64,000 bases of DNA from an uncultured Gemmatimonadales bacterium (GTDB lineage Bacteria > Gemmatimonadota > Gemmatimonadetes > Gemmatimonadales > Gemmatimonadaceae). Shown in pieces: positions 29,370 to 39,032 of this stretch. The notes below the pieces were generated by a model. That model was not told where the DNA came from. It made no database searches and saw only the letters and a list, made by a program, of their open reading frames with translations. The stretch is from NCBI GenBank assembly GCA_963701965.1, contig OY969695.1:3232001-3296000 (forward strand), read 5' to 3'. Both the position numbers and the translations under genes were made by a program. How positions within the stretch are numbered: position 1 is the first letter of the stretch; each line of letters begins with the position of its first letter.

Positions 29370-30845
29370 ATGCCGAATCTTTTTGCCAAGAAGAACCTGA
29401 CCGATCTGGTCAACGAAGCGGACGACGCGCACGACCTGCGCCGGGTGCTGGGTTCCTGGAACCTCATTACGCTGGGCATCGGAGCGATCATTGGGGCCGG
29501 GATCTTCGTGATCACCGGCCAGGCCGCGGCGCAGTTCGCGGGGCCGGCGATCATCATCTCGTTCGTGCTGGCGGCGATCACGTGCGCCCTCGCCGGCCTG
29601 TGCTACGCGGAATTCGCTTCGATGATCCCGTTGGCCGGGAGCGCCTACACGTACTCCTACGCGACGCTGGGCGAACTCGTAGCCTGGATCATCGGCTGGG
29701 ACCTGATCCTGGAATACGCGTTCGGCGCGGCGACGGTCGCCGTCGGATGGAGCGGCCATCTCCGCGCCTTTCTGGGCGATCTCGGAGTCACGCTGCCGCC
29801 CATTCCCCAGGCGACGATCGCGCTGTTCGGGACCATGGTGCCCGTGAAATTCGATTTCATAGGGTTCGGCGTGATTCTCCTGGTGACGTCGATTCTCGTC
29901 ATCGGGATCAAAGAGTCGGCGAATTTCACCAGCGCGGTCGTTCTTTTGAAAGTCGCCGTCGTGTGTGTCTTCATCACGATCGCGACGGCGTTCCTGGCGA
30001 CGCACCACTGGCAACCGAACCACTGGCAACCGTTTCTCCCGCCCAACACGGGGGAACGGGGGCACTTCGGGTGGTCGGGTGTGCTGCGGGGCGCTGGCGT
30101 CGTCTTCTTTGCCTATATCGGATTCGACGCCGTCTCGACGGCGGCGCAGGAGACGAGGAATCCCAAGCGGGACATGCCGATCGGCCTTCTTGTCCCGCTG
30201 GGCATCTGTACGGTGTTGTACATCATCGTGTCCATGTTGCTGACGCGCCTCGTCCCCTACGACCATTTGAATGTCCCGGATCCGGTGGTGCAGGGCATTC
30301 GGGTCGCGGGACAGCCATGGGCGACTTTCCTGGTAGAATTGGGTGCGCTCGCGGGGTTGGCCAGCGTCATGCTGGTCATGTTGCTCGGCCAGTCCCGGGT
30401 GTTCTACGCGATGTCGCGCGACGGACTGCTCTGGCCCTGGGCGTCGAAGATTCATCCGCGCTTTCAGACGCCGTATATTAGCTCGATCGTCGTCGGTTTC
30501 GTCGTTGCCGTGCTGGCGATGTTGTTGCCTCTGAGCGTGCTGGATGAGATGACGAGCGTCGGCACCCTCCTGGCCTTCGCCCTGGTGAGCGCCGGCGTGC
30601 TGGTCATGCGCAAGACCCATCCGCACCTGGAACGGGCGTTCAAGACGCCGTTCGTGCCGATCGTGCCCGGTGCTCTCGATCATCTTCTCGGTCGGCTTGA
30701 TTCTCTCACTGGCGCTGGCGACACAGATCCGGCTGATCGTCTGGCTCCTGATCGGTCTCGTCATCTATTTCAATTACGGACAGAAACACAGCAAGGTGCA
30801 GCGGTCTATGAACGCGGCGGACCGAGATATAACTTCGGCGGATGA
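29370..30845 (+). CDS. APC-family amino acid permease (frameshift near 30669 moves the last TMs into another frame)
   Basis: LGIGAIIGAGIF, CYAEFAS..P.AGSAY.Y, GWDLILEY, FFAYIGFDAVST and R.FYAMSRDGLL. The final helices VLSIIFS…WLLIGLVIYFNYG are in the frame of ORF 30670..30918. Confidence 0.92.
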   Translation: MPNLFAKKNLTDLVNEADDAHDLRRVLGSWNLITLGIGAIIGAGIFVITGQAAAQFAGPAIIISFVLAAITCALAGLCYAEFASMIPLAGSAYTYSYATLGELVAWIIGWDLILEYAFGAATVAVGWSGHLRAFLGDLGVTLPPIPQATIALFGTMVPVKFDFIGFGVILLVTSILVIGIKESANFTSAVVLLKVAVVCVFITIATAFLATHHWQPNHWQPFLPPNTGERGHFGWSGVLRGAGVVFFAYIGFDAVSTAAQETRNPKRDMPIGLLVPLGICTVLYIIVSMLLTRLVPYDHLNVPDPVVQGIRVAGQPWATFLVELGALAGLASVMLVMLLGQSRVFYAMSRDGLLWPWASKIHPRFQTPYISSIVVGFVVAVLAMLLPLSVLDEMTSVGTLLAFALVSAGVLVMRKTHPHLERAFKTPFVPIVPGALDHLLGRLDSLTGAGDTDPADRLAPDRSRHLFQLRTETQQGAAVYERGGPRYNFGG

Positions 30846-32034
30846 CTCTCGCGCCGATGCTCCTCATGCTGCTGCTGCAGCCGCCCGTCCGCGCCCGGGA
30901 TCTCGGCGTGCCCTTTGAGGGCACGCCCGGCGCGCACAATGCGATCACCGATGTGCCGGGGGTGGAAGTCGGGTTGACCACGCTCATCTCGGGCGAAGGG
31001 GAAGGGGCCGTGCGCACCGGGGTGACCGCGATCTTGCCGCGCGGGAAGATGTCCAAAGACCCGGTGTTCGCCGGGTTTTTCTCGCAGAACGGCAACGGCG
31101 AGATGACCGGCATGGAGTGGCTGCAGGAGGGCGGCTTCCTCGAAGGACCCGTGATGATCACGAACACGCACAGCGTGGGCGTGGTGCGGGATGCCGTCAT
31201 CGCCTGGGAAGTGAAGCATCAGGCCGACCAGACGCCCAAGGGCATCGGTCAGTATCCGTGGTCCCTCCCCGTGGTCGCCGAGACGTTCGACGGCGGGCTC
31301 AATGACGTCAACGGATTCCACGTGCATCCCGACGACGCATTCCACGCGCTCGACGTCGCCGCGACGGGCCCGGTCACCGAGGGGAACGTGGGCGGCGGCA
31401 CGGGCATGCGGTGCTTTGGATTCAAGGGCGGCACCGGCACCGCGTCCCGCGCGCTCACCGCGGCGCAGGGCGGGTACGTCGTCGGCGTGCTCGTGCAGTG
31501 CAATACCGGCTCCCGCAGCCAGCTCCGGATCGCGGGCGTCCCGGTCGGTCAGCTGGTGACGCCGGCGGCGCCGGTCCGGACGTCCGGTGAATTATCCGGA
31601 TGATCCCGGACCGCGATGTCGGATCGATCATCATCGTCGTCGCCACGAATGCGCCGCTCACCTCGACGCAGTTGGACCGACTGTGCAAGCGGGCCACCTC
31701 GGACTCGGCCGCGTCGGCGGCACGTCGGGCGACGGGTCGGGCGACATCTTCATGTCGTTCTCGACCGCGAATCCGCTGGCCGACGATATTGGCATTCGGA
31801 CGCCCGGGCGCCGCCGCGGCCCCGGAGAGTCAGGTGGCCCACATCGACATGCTCCACAACGACGCGATGGACCCGCTCTTCCTGGCGACCATCCAGGCCA
31901 CCGAGGAATCCATCGTGAATGCACTCGTCGGCGCGCGGACCATGACCGGACGGAGCGGGCGGACCATTGAGGCGCTGCCGCCCGACCAGTTGCAGGCGCT
32001 CATGCGGCAGAAGTTCGCCCCGAACGCATGGTAG
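30842..32034 (+). pseudogene. dmpA: DmpA/P1 (S58) aminopeptidase with at least three frameshifts (possibly sequencing errors)
   Basis: RARDLG.PF.G.PG..NAITDVPGV.VG, EGNVGGGTGM..FGFKGG.GTASR, autocleavage G|SIIIVVATNAPL, GSGDIF..FSTAN and EESIVNAL. These are spread over three frames, with shifts near 31585-31605, 31695 and 31789. Confidence 0.9.
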
Positions 32035-32297
32035 GGCTCGTCTCGGGACGGCATGAAGACTGCTGTGAAACCCGTCAAACGGGCATGATTGCATGAGGCG
32101 GACATCATGCATGTGCAGCGAGACATCGCGGTCGAGCTCCAAAAACTGCTCGGCTGCATCCCGCTAGTGGCTCCGGCGTTCACCCTCGTCGTCATCTGCG
32201 ACGAGGAGACGCCCTGGGGCCCGTGTGATCCGCAGGAGCGCACGTTGCCCATCACTCGGCCCCCGTCGGATGGGCGAGTCAATTCCGAGTTGACCGC

Positions 32298-32672
32298 CTG
32301 AGTCTCTCCGACTGGGGACCCCTGATCCTTCGGATCATGCTCGCCGTCGAGTTTCTGCCGAGTGGCGTGTTCAGCGTGCGTGATCCTGTCGGGCGCGCTC
32401 AACAGAATGGCGTGAGCACGCCGTTCATGGTGTTCATTGGCGTCGCCGAGATCGCGGCGAGCCTGGGTCTACTGGCTGGCGTGCTGGCGCGGCAGGCCGC
32501 TCTCGGACTCGTCATGATCATGGCCGGCGCCATCTACAAGAAAGCGTTCGTCTGGCACACCGGTTTCTGGGGCGCCCATAACGACGGTTGGCACTACGAG
32601 CTGATGCTCGTGGCGATGTGCCTGGCCATCGCGCTGGGCGGCCCCGGCCGTCTCAGTCTCTTGCCCCGTTGA
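32298..32672 (+). CDS. DoxX-family membrane protein
   Basis: …DWGPLILRIMLAVEF…IGVAE…GLLAGVLARQAALGL..IM.GAI…GWHYELML…GPGRLS. The first ATG is at 32337 but similarity extends to about 32298. Confidence 0.82.
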   Translation: MSLSDWGPLILRIMLAVEFLPSGVFSVRDPVGRAQQNGVSTPFMVFIGVAEIAASLGLLAGVLARQAALGLVMIMAGAIYKKAFVWHTGFWGAHNDGWHYELMLVAMCLAIALGGPGRLSLLPR

Positions 32673-35600
32673 TCAGCCGTCGTCCTCGTTTTGATCGAGG
32701 TCGACGCCCATGTCGGGGTCCGCATCGGCATTGGCGTTCAGGCGCGGCAGGGTGATGAGGGGCTGACCGTCGGCCTTGCGCTTCGCGTTGAGCGCCGAGA
32801 GACCCTTCGCTTTCATGGTCTTCCAGTGCTCGAGAATCTCCGCGAACTCCTCGTGCGCCTTGCGGCAGGCCGCGATCTCCGCCGTCGTCGGCGCGACATC
32901 GGCGTTCTGCAGCGCCATGAACGCCGAGACCAGCTCTTCACTGGCGCTGGCCAGCGTGGTGTGCTCTTCGCGCTGGGCGCCGAAACGACGACGGCCGCGC
33001 GCGGGCGGCGGGGCGAGCGACTCGACCTGTGCCCGGAACGCGTTGATGCCATCGCCCGATTGTTTCCCAAGCTGGTCGACCAGCGCGCGCGCCTCGACGT
33101 AGGCATGGTGCGCCGCCTGCGCGTCGCGATACGTGCTCTTGGACTGCGTGGCGAGGATCGTGAGACCGGTGGCCGACGTCTTGATGCGCGGGTCGAGTCG
33201 CACGACGAGCGGCTGGCGGTACTGTTTGCCGCCGACGGTGAGGCGCACCGTGTACGTGCCGGGGGGCGCCCACGGGGCGTTCACCACCGGGTACGTCCGG
33301 TGCGGCACCGCACCCAACGCGGCGTCACCCCCGCCGGGGATCGGCGTGTACCGCAGGTCCCACGCAAACCGGTGCATGCCGGCGTCCGATGAGAGGTGCG
33401 CGTCGGGAGCCGGCCAGTACAGTGGCAAGCCGCAGTCGCGCGCGCTGGGGTTCTTCTGGCACAGGCGATTGTACGCCGCCGGATCGAGCGCGGGATCCGG
33501 TGACCGGACCGAGTCCGTGCTGGTGTACGAGCGCACGACCGCGCCGGTAGCATCCAGAATGTCGAGCGTCGCCGCGCCGGCGGCGTCGCTCAGATAGTAG
33601 TCGATGATGGCGCCGACCGGCGGGTTTTCGCCGGCCGGCCACTCCGGCGGCCACGGCGTGGGATCGTTCGTGCCCGAGCGCATGCGCACGGCCAGTTCCG
33701 GCTTGAAGAGATACGCCCCCTGCGCCGCGCGGGCGGCGGCCGCCTGGCGCAACGGCGTGAGGTCATCCAGGATCCAAAATCCGCGACCGTGCGTGCCGGC
33801 GACGAGATCGGCGCACAGGCACGTGGAGTCGTCCTTGACCTGGAGGTCGCGGACCGAGATGGCGGGCATGTTGAGCTGGAGCGACGACCAGTGGTCCCCG
33901 TCATCGTACGAGACCCAGACCTGCGCATCCGTCGAGGCATAGAGTAGTCCGGGCACGCGCGGATCCTCGCGGATCGCGTTCGCGACATTCCCGGAGTCGA
34001 TGCCCGTATCGATCTCCGTCCAGTGCTTGCCACCGTCGTGCGTGCGCCAGAAGTGGGGGCGCAGGTCGTCGATGCGGAACGTGTTCGCGGCCGCGTACGC
34101 CGTACGGGTGTCGAAGTGGCCGGCGTCGATATTGAAGATGCGCGTCCAGGGTTTGATCGCGGTTGGCGTCACGTTGGTCCACGTGGCGCCGCCGTTCGCA
34201 GTCGTCTGGATGTTGCCGTCGTCCGTGCCGGCCCAGAGCACCGTTGCCGTCTTCGGCGAGATCGACAAGGCCGTGATGGAGCCCTTCGGGCCCGCTTTCA
34301 CGTCTTTGGCGTACTCTCCGGCGGTTGCGGGAACGTCCCACGTTTGGCGGGTGAGGTCCGGGCTCATGCGCGTCCAGCTCTGCGCGTGATCAATGCTCTT
34401 CCAGACCGCGTCCGACGTGTAGAACAGGAGCGTGGGATTCGTGGGGGCCCAGGCGATCGGCATCGTGCGCACGTTGCGGTCGAATCCCGTGCGATCGGGA
34501 CCGACGAACGTCACTTGCCCCGTCTTCCTGTTGTAGAGCGAGATGTTCGTGCGCATGCTCCCATAGACGAGATCCGGGTTCCGCGGGTCCGGCGCCGCCA
34601 TGCCGTATTCCTGGATGTCCACCGGATGCCAGTCGTGGAACGTGATCTCGCCGTCCATGGAGCGACTGTCGACGCAACCCGACCCGGAGTCCTGTTGTCC
34701 GCTGCAGACCCGATAGGGGAAGGCGTTGTCGGTCGTGACGTGGTACATCGCCGCGGTCGGCTGCGTATACCAGTTGCTCCACGACTCGCCACGATTCGCG
34801 GAAACCACACCGCCCTGGTCGGAGACGACGAGCAGGATGTTCGGGTTCGTCGGATTGACCCACGGCTTCTGGTAGTCGTCGCCGCCCGGCGAGCCACGCA
34901 CGGCCGACCACGTGCGGCCGCCGTCCTCGGTGCGCCAGAAGACCACCGACGCGCTATAGACGACATTCTCGTTCGAGCCATCGACGGCGAGCGTCGGGAG
35001 GTCCCCGCCCCCGATGCGGCCCATGGGGCGCGGGTCCGTGCCGCTCGAATCGTGGTCCACGCGCTGCCAATGCTGCCCGCCGTCCGTCGTCTTGTAGAGA
35101 TTGACGGTGCCCGTGGCGCCCTGTTGGCTGGGTTTCGCCGACGTGTCGCCGGCGACTGCCGTGTAGAGCACCCGCGTGTTGCCGGGTGCGATGGCGAGAT
35201 TCGCCTCGATGACCGGCGGGAGGCCATCGTTGATCGGTTGCCACGTCGTGCCGCCATCGGTCGATTTGTAGACGCCACCGCCGACGCCGCCGAATCCGCC
35301 CCCTTCGATGAAGCTCTGTTGTTGCTTCCAGAGCGCCGCGTAGACGGTGTTCGGATCCGAGGGATCGATCCGGACGTCGTTGGCGCTCGTGTACTCGTCC
35401 TTGTACAGGACGCGCTGGAAGCTCTGCCCGCCGTCGGTCGAACGAAAGACGCCGCGCTCGCCGTTCGGTCCGTACGGGTGGCCCAGGGCGGCCACGAACA
35501 GGCGGTTGGGATCGCGGGGGTCGACGTCGATCATGGCGATCATTTGGGTCTGTCGGAGCCCCAGGTGCGTCCACGTCTTGCCGGCGTCCGTCGACTTGTA

Positions 35601-35969
35601 GACCCCATCACCGACGGCGAGATCGGGACGGATAATACCCGCCCCCGTTCCCACGTAGATCACATTGGGGTCCGAGGGCGCGACCGCGATGGCGCCGATC
35701 GAGCCGGTGGGCTCGCGATCGAAAAGCGGCTGCCACGTGGACCCGTAGTCGGTCGATCGCCAGACCCCGCCGTTGTCGAATCCGATGTAGAAGACGTTGG
35801 GCTGGCTGGGCACGCCGGCCAGGGCGCGGGCCCGGCCCGCACGGGTGGGGCCGATCGTCCGCCAGCGCATGGCGGCGGACGGGTCAACCGATTGCGCTGG
35901 GGCCACGGCAGCCCACGCGGATGCCGCAACGCCGCACGCATAGGCTACGCGGGACAGAGTTTGACGCAT
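32673..35969 (-). CDS. Secreted BNR/Asp-box (VPS10/sortilin-like) repeat glycosyl hydrolase-like protein
   Basis: Signal peptide, WRTIGP.RAGR, many S.D.G.TW Asp boxes, GQQDSGS, GTHGRGFWILDD and PG.Y.VRLTV. Confidence 0.92.
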   Translation of the reverse strand: MRQTLSRVAYACGVAASAWAAVAPAQSVDPSAAMRWRTIGPTRAGRARALAGVPSQPNVFYIGFDNGGVWRSTDYGSTWQPLFDREPTGSIGAIAVAPSDPNVIYVGTGAGIIRPDLAVGDGVYKSTDAGKTWTHLGLRQTQMIAMIDVDPRDPNRLFVAALGHPYGPNGERGVFRSTDGGQSFQRVLYKDEYTSANDVRIDPSDPNTVYAALWKQQQSFIEGGGFGGVGGGVYKSTDGGTTWQPINDGLPPVIEANLAIAPGNTRVLYTAVAGDTSAKPSQQGATGTVNLYKTTDGGQHWQRVDHDSSGTDPRPMGRIGGGDLPTLAVDGSNENVVYSASVVFWRTEDGGRTWSAVRGSPGGDDYQKPWVNPTNPNILLVVSDQGGVVSANRGESWSNWYTQPTAAMYHVTTDNAFPYRVCSGQQDSGSGCVDSRSMDGEITFHDWHPVDIQEYGMAAPDPRNPDLVYGSMRTNISLYNRKTGQVTFVGPDRTGFDRNVRTMPIAWAPTNPTLLFYTSDAVWKSIDHAQSWTRMSPDLTRQTWDVPATAGEYAKDVKAGPKGSITALSISPKTATVLWAGTDDGNIQTTANGGATWTNVTPTAIKPWTRIFNIDAGHFDTRTAYAAANTFRIDDLRPHFWRTHDGGKHWTEIDTGIDSGNVANAIREDPRVPGLLYASTDAQVWVSYDDGDHWSSLQLNMPAISVRDLQVKDDSTCLCADLVAGTHGRGFWILDDLTPLRQAAAARAAQGAYLFKPELAVRMRSGTNDPTPWPPEWPAGENPPVGAIIDYYLSDAAGAATLDILDATGAVVRSYTSTDSVRSPDPALDPAAYNRLCQKNPSARDCGLPLYWPAPDAHLSSDAGMHRFAWDLRYTPIPGGGDAALGAVPHRTYPVVNAPWAPPGTYTVRLTVGGKQYRQPLVVRLDPRIKTSATGLTILATQSKSTYRDAQAAHHAYVEARALVDQLGKQSGDGINAFRAQVESLAPPPARGRRRFGAQREEHTTLASASEELVSAFMALQNADVAPTTAEIAACRKAHEEFAEILEHWKTMKAKGLSALNAKRKADGQPLITLPRLNANADADPDMGVDLDQNEDDG

Positions 35970-35998
35970 GACACGATTCTAGCGCGCGACGATCGAGT

Positions 35999-36031
35999 AC
36001 GCGAGGCCATGGAATGGGCCGCGCCTCGCGT
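35999..36031. other. GC-rich inverted repeat (possible terminator or stabilising hairpin)
   Basis: ACGCGAGGC…GCCTCGCGT forms a 9-bp stem between doxX and the BNR gene. No U-tract. Confidence 0.35.
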
Positions 36032-36161
36032 CTTGACGCCGCCAAGGGACGTCTCTGGGTCGGCGGCGGCCGTGTCGGCGGTGGAGCGGATCCGTGACAG
36101 CGCGTCGATCGCGGGGTATGATCGCGATATGATGGGGTTGATGATAGGTCACGGAGGGCCA

Positions 36162-36590
36162 TCAGTCACGGGTCGCGCCGCCGTCGGCGCGGCGCCGGCG
36201 GCCGAGCGCCCAGGACCCGGGTCCGTACGCGGCGATCATGAGCAGCCCGCCCATGATGCCTAGGTTCTTGAAGAACTCGGTGAGGTTGGTGCCACTCCGC
36301 ATGCCGGATTGATTCCAGAAGTCGTGAAGGCGCACGGTCACGATGCCGAGATACACGAACAGGACCGCTGCTGCCGAGCGGGCGCGATAACCGGTGATGA
36401 CGCAGAGAGATCCGACGAGCTCGATCACCAACGCCGCGGCCAGCAACGGGCCGATGAGACTCATGCCTTTGGCCGCCATGTAGGCGGCTTGGCTCGACCA
36501 CCCGAAAATCTTGCCGTTGACCGCGACGAGAAACTCCGCGCATACCAGGAGGCGCGCGACGAACGGCAAAAGACCGAACCGGATCTTCAT
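36162..36590 (-). CDS. DoxX-family membrane protein
   Basis: ARLL…F…KI, IELVG.L..ITGY..R.AA, HDFW and FFKNLGIMGGLL…GPG.WAL. Confidence 0.92.
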   Translation of the reverse strand: MKIRFGLLPFVARLLVCAEFLVAVNGKIFGWSSQAAYMAAKGMSLIGPLLAAALVIELVGSLCVITGYRARSAAAVLFVYLGIVTVRLHDFWNQSGMRSGTNLTEFFKNLGIMGGLLMIAAYGPGSWALGRRRRADGGATRD

Positions 36591-36595
36591 CTCGG

Positions 36596-37351
36596 CTAAC
36601 GCAACAGCGCGTGCAAGCGCGCGCTGTGCGACCGGCTCGAGGCCAAGCGGCTGCCGTCTCGCATCGTGATCAGGTATTCGCCGTGGCCCTGCGGCTCGAG
36701 TCGCTGCACATGATTGATATTGACCATGATCGACCGATGGACGCGGATGAAGCGGTCGGGGTCCAGCTTGGCCGCGAACGCCTTCATCGTGTCGCGGATG
36801 AGGTGCGTTCGTCCGCCCACATGCACGCGGACGTAGTTTGCCTGCGCGTCAACCCACCCGATCTCGGCGGCCGGCACGAAGTAGAGATGGTGTGGCCCGC
36901 GCACGAGAAACCGTTCCGGAAAAGCCTGATGCGCCCGCAGCCGTTCGAGAAACCGGCGCAGCTCCGGATCCAGTCCTCCGCCCGACAACCGTTGCTCGGC
37001 GCGGGCCAACGCCAGGTCGAAGCGCCCGACGTCGAACGGCTTGAGCAGGTAGTCGACCGCGCTCACGTCGAACGCCTTGGCCCCGAATGTCTCGAAGGCG
37101 GTGACGAAGATGACTGCCGGCGGCACCCGCACCTCGGTCAGCGCGGTCAACACCTCGAACCCATCGAGTCCCGGCATCTTGACGTCGAGGAACACGATCG
37201 CGGGATCCAGCGCCAGGATCGCCTCGACCGTCGCCACGCCATCCTGGCATTCGGCGACGACTTCGTAGGTCGGTCGGCCCGCGAGCATCGTCCCGATTCG
37301 CTCCCGCGCCAGCGGCTCGTCGTCGGCGATCACCACCCGGCGGACCGTCAT
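36596..37351 (-). CDS. LytTR-family response regulator
   Basis: REC (ADDEPLAR, FLDVKMP, FVTAF, DYLLKP) plus LytTR (NYV.VH, FIRVHRS.MVN, SR). Confidence 0.95.
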   Translation of the reverse strand: MTVRRVVIADDEPLARERIGTMLAGRPTYEVVAECQDGVATVEAILALDPAIVFLDVKMPGLDGFEVLTALTEVRVPPAVIFVTAFETFGAKAFDVSAVDYLLKPFDVGRFDLALARAEQRLSGGGLDPELRRFLERLRAHQAFPERFLVRGPHHLYFVPAAEIGWVDAQANYVRVHVGGRTHLIRDTMKAFAAKLDPDRFIRVHRSIMVNINHVQRLEPQGHGEYLITMRDGSRLASSRSHSARLHALLR

Positions 37352-38424
37352 GTGCGAACGCGGAATGGCAGGGTAATGGTGGCCCGTGCGCCCGCCGGGG
37401 CGACGTCCTCCAGGCGCAACGTCTGGGCGTCGCCGTACAGTTGCTCCAGACGCGACCGGGTGTTCGCCAATCCCACGCCGCCGTTCAACGGGGTGTCACT
37501 GAGGCCCAGTCCGTCATCCGCGATCGTGATCCGCAGCCGGTCGCCGTCACGCGCGGCGGCGATCGCGAGCCGGCCGGGCCCCGGCCGCCGCGCGATCCCG
37601 TGTTCCAGCGCGTTTTCGACCAACGGTTGGAGGACAAAATGGGGGACGAGCGCGTCTCCCAGGCCATCCGCGATGTCGCGGACAATGGTCAATCGGTCGC
37701 CGAACCGGGTCCGTACGATCGACAGATAGCGGTCGAGCAGCGCCAGCTCCTCGGCTAGTGGGATCTCCTGGCTTCCTGGCACTTGCAGCGTGACGCGCAG
37801 CAATGCGGCCAACTGCGTCAGCATCTGGTCGGCCGCGCCGACATCGCGGTGCATGAGGGTAGCGATGCCGTTCAGGGTATTGAACAGAAAGTGCGGCTGC
37901 AGTTGTCCCTTGAGCGTTTCGAGTTGCGCCGTCGAGAGCTGCGCCCGCAACCGCGACGCCGTGCGCTCGCGCTCGACCGCGGCGCGCGCGAACGCAATGG
38001 CGTGCGCGACCGCAATGACGCCCAGGAATACGGTCACCACGGCCACCGTATTCCCCAAGAACAGTCGCCGCACCGACAGCGTGCTGGTTGGAACGAGGGA
38101 GCGAAAGAGGGCGACCAGCAGTACATCTTTGAGCGCCACGCACCCCGCCACAACACCCAGTTCAAGCGGGACATTCCGGCGCCAGTGATCGCGATCGATC
38201 GGGGCGCGACGCGCCACAGCGAAGAGGACCGGCGTGAACAGCGCGCAGGTCGACCAATCGATCGCCCAGAACAGCACGTCGCCGCGTCGCATCGTCTCCC
38301 CATGGTCGCCCAGGGCGAGCATGGTCTGGCCCAGCGACATCGTCGCCAGGAGCGCCCAACATCCCAAGGCCAGCAGGACAGCGATGGGGGCATTCCGACG
38401 CGCGCCGGAGGCGGCGGTCATCAT
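37348..38424 (-). CDS. LytS/YehU-type sensor histidine kinase
   Basis: About four TMs, QLQPHFLFNTLN, LQPLVENA.EHG, DDG.G and GVGLANTR.RL. Confidence 0.95.
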   Translation of the reverse strand: MMTAASGARRNAPIAVLLALGCWALLATMSLGQTMLALGDHGETMRRGDVLFWAIDWSTCALFTPVLFAVARRAPIDRDHWRRNVPLELGVVAGCVALKDVLLVALFRSLVPTSTLSVRRLFLGNTVAVVTVFLGVIAVAHAIAFARAAVERERTASRLRAQLSTAQLETLKGQLQPHFLFNTLNGIATLMHRDVGAADQMLTQLAALLRVTLQVPGSQEIPLAEELALLDRYLSIVRTRFGDRLTIVRDIADGLGDALVPHFVLQPLVENALEHGIARRPGPGRLAIAAARDGDRLRITIADDGLGLSDTPLNGGVGLANTRSRLEQLYGDAQTLRLEDVAPAGARATITLPFRVRT

Positions 38425-38460
38425 GGTACGAAGATAGTCACGGCGTCATGTGACCGCCGT

Positions 38461-38493
38461 CCACTTCGTCCCGCCAACGGGCCGCGCTGTCCC
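38461..38493 (+). promoter_or_regulatory. Putative LytTR direct-repeat binding site
   Basis: CCACTTCGTCCC and CCGCGCTGTCCC repeated at a 21-bp period upstream of the gene divergent from lytS. Confidence 0.5.
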
Positions 38494-38535
38494 TGCGACA
38501 TGGCATCCGGGAGGCGGGCGCCCGACTATTGCGCC

Positions 38536-39009
38536 ATGACGATGCCACAGTCGTACGTTCGCGCGCTCACCGTGAGCGCCACCCTGTTCATACTCGCCGC
38601 GCGCGCCGTCCCGGCACAGACGGCGGCCGACACGGCCGGCATCCGGGCGGCGGCCATGGACTACATCGAAGGCTGGTACGCTGGGGACGCGGACCGCATG
38701 GCCCGCGCCTTACACCCAGAGCTGGCCAAGCGGATCGTCATCACCGATACGGCCGGCCACAGCAGAATAGGCCAGATGAGCGCGATGACGCTCGTGGGGA
38801 ACACGCGCGCGGGAGGAGGCAAGGGGATCGCGCCGGAGCGTCGTCGAAAGGAGTTCCGCGTGCTCGACATCTATCGGGGCGCGGCGGTTGCGAAGGTCGT
38901 CGCCTCCGATTGGGTCGACTACCTGGAGCTCGGCAAGTGGAACGGCCAGTGGACGATCGTCAACGTACTCTGGGAGCTCACACCCAAGGACGAGCGCCCG
39001 GCACCCTAG
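38536..39009 (+). CDS. Secreted NTF2/SnoaL-like (lumazine-binding-like) protein
   Basis: Signal peptide, DYIEGWY.GD..RM.RALHP.LAKR and WVDYL.L.K.NG.W.IVNVLW. Confidence 0.88.
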   Translation: MTMPQSYVRALTVSATLFILAARAVPAQTAADTAGIRAAAMDYIEGWYAGDADRMARALHPELAKRIVITDTAGHSRIGQMSAMTLVGNTRAGGGKGIAPERRRKEFRVLDIYRGAAVAKVVASDWVDYLELGKWNGQWTIVNVLWELTPKDERPAP

Positions 39010-39032
39010 ATGGTCGGTGTCCAACCCGTCGG

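Noticed and set aside
30842..32034. Programmed frameshifting or a naturally split alpha/beta-subunit dmpA
   Set aside because: The first break is near the autocleavage site, but two more breaks follow, there is no slippery heptamer, and similar indels occur throughout the window.
32089..32301. 70-aa ORF between dmpA and doxX
   Set aside because: No recognisable motif or RBS. Cannot be supported, though not excluded.
35884..36162. Small ORF or ncRNA between doxX and the BNR gene
   Set aside because: Arg/Pro-rich non-protein-like translation. Only one hairpin and no known RNA motif.
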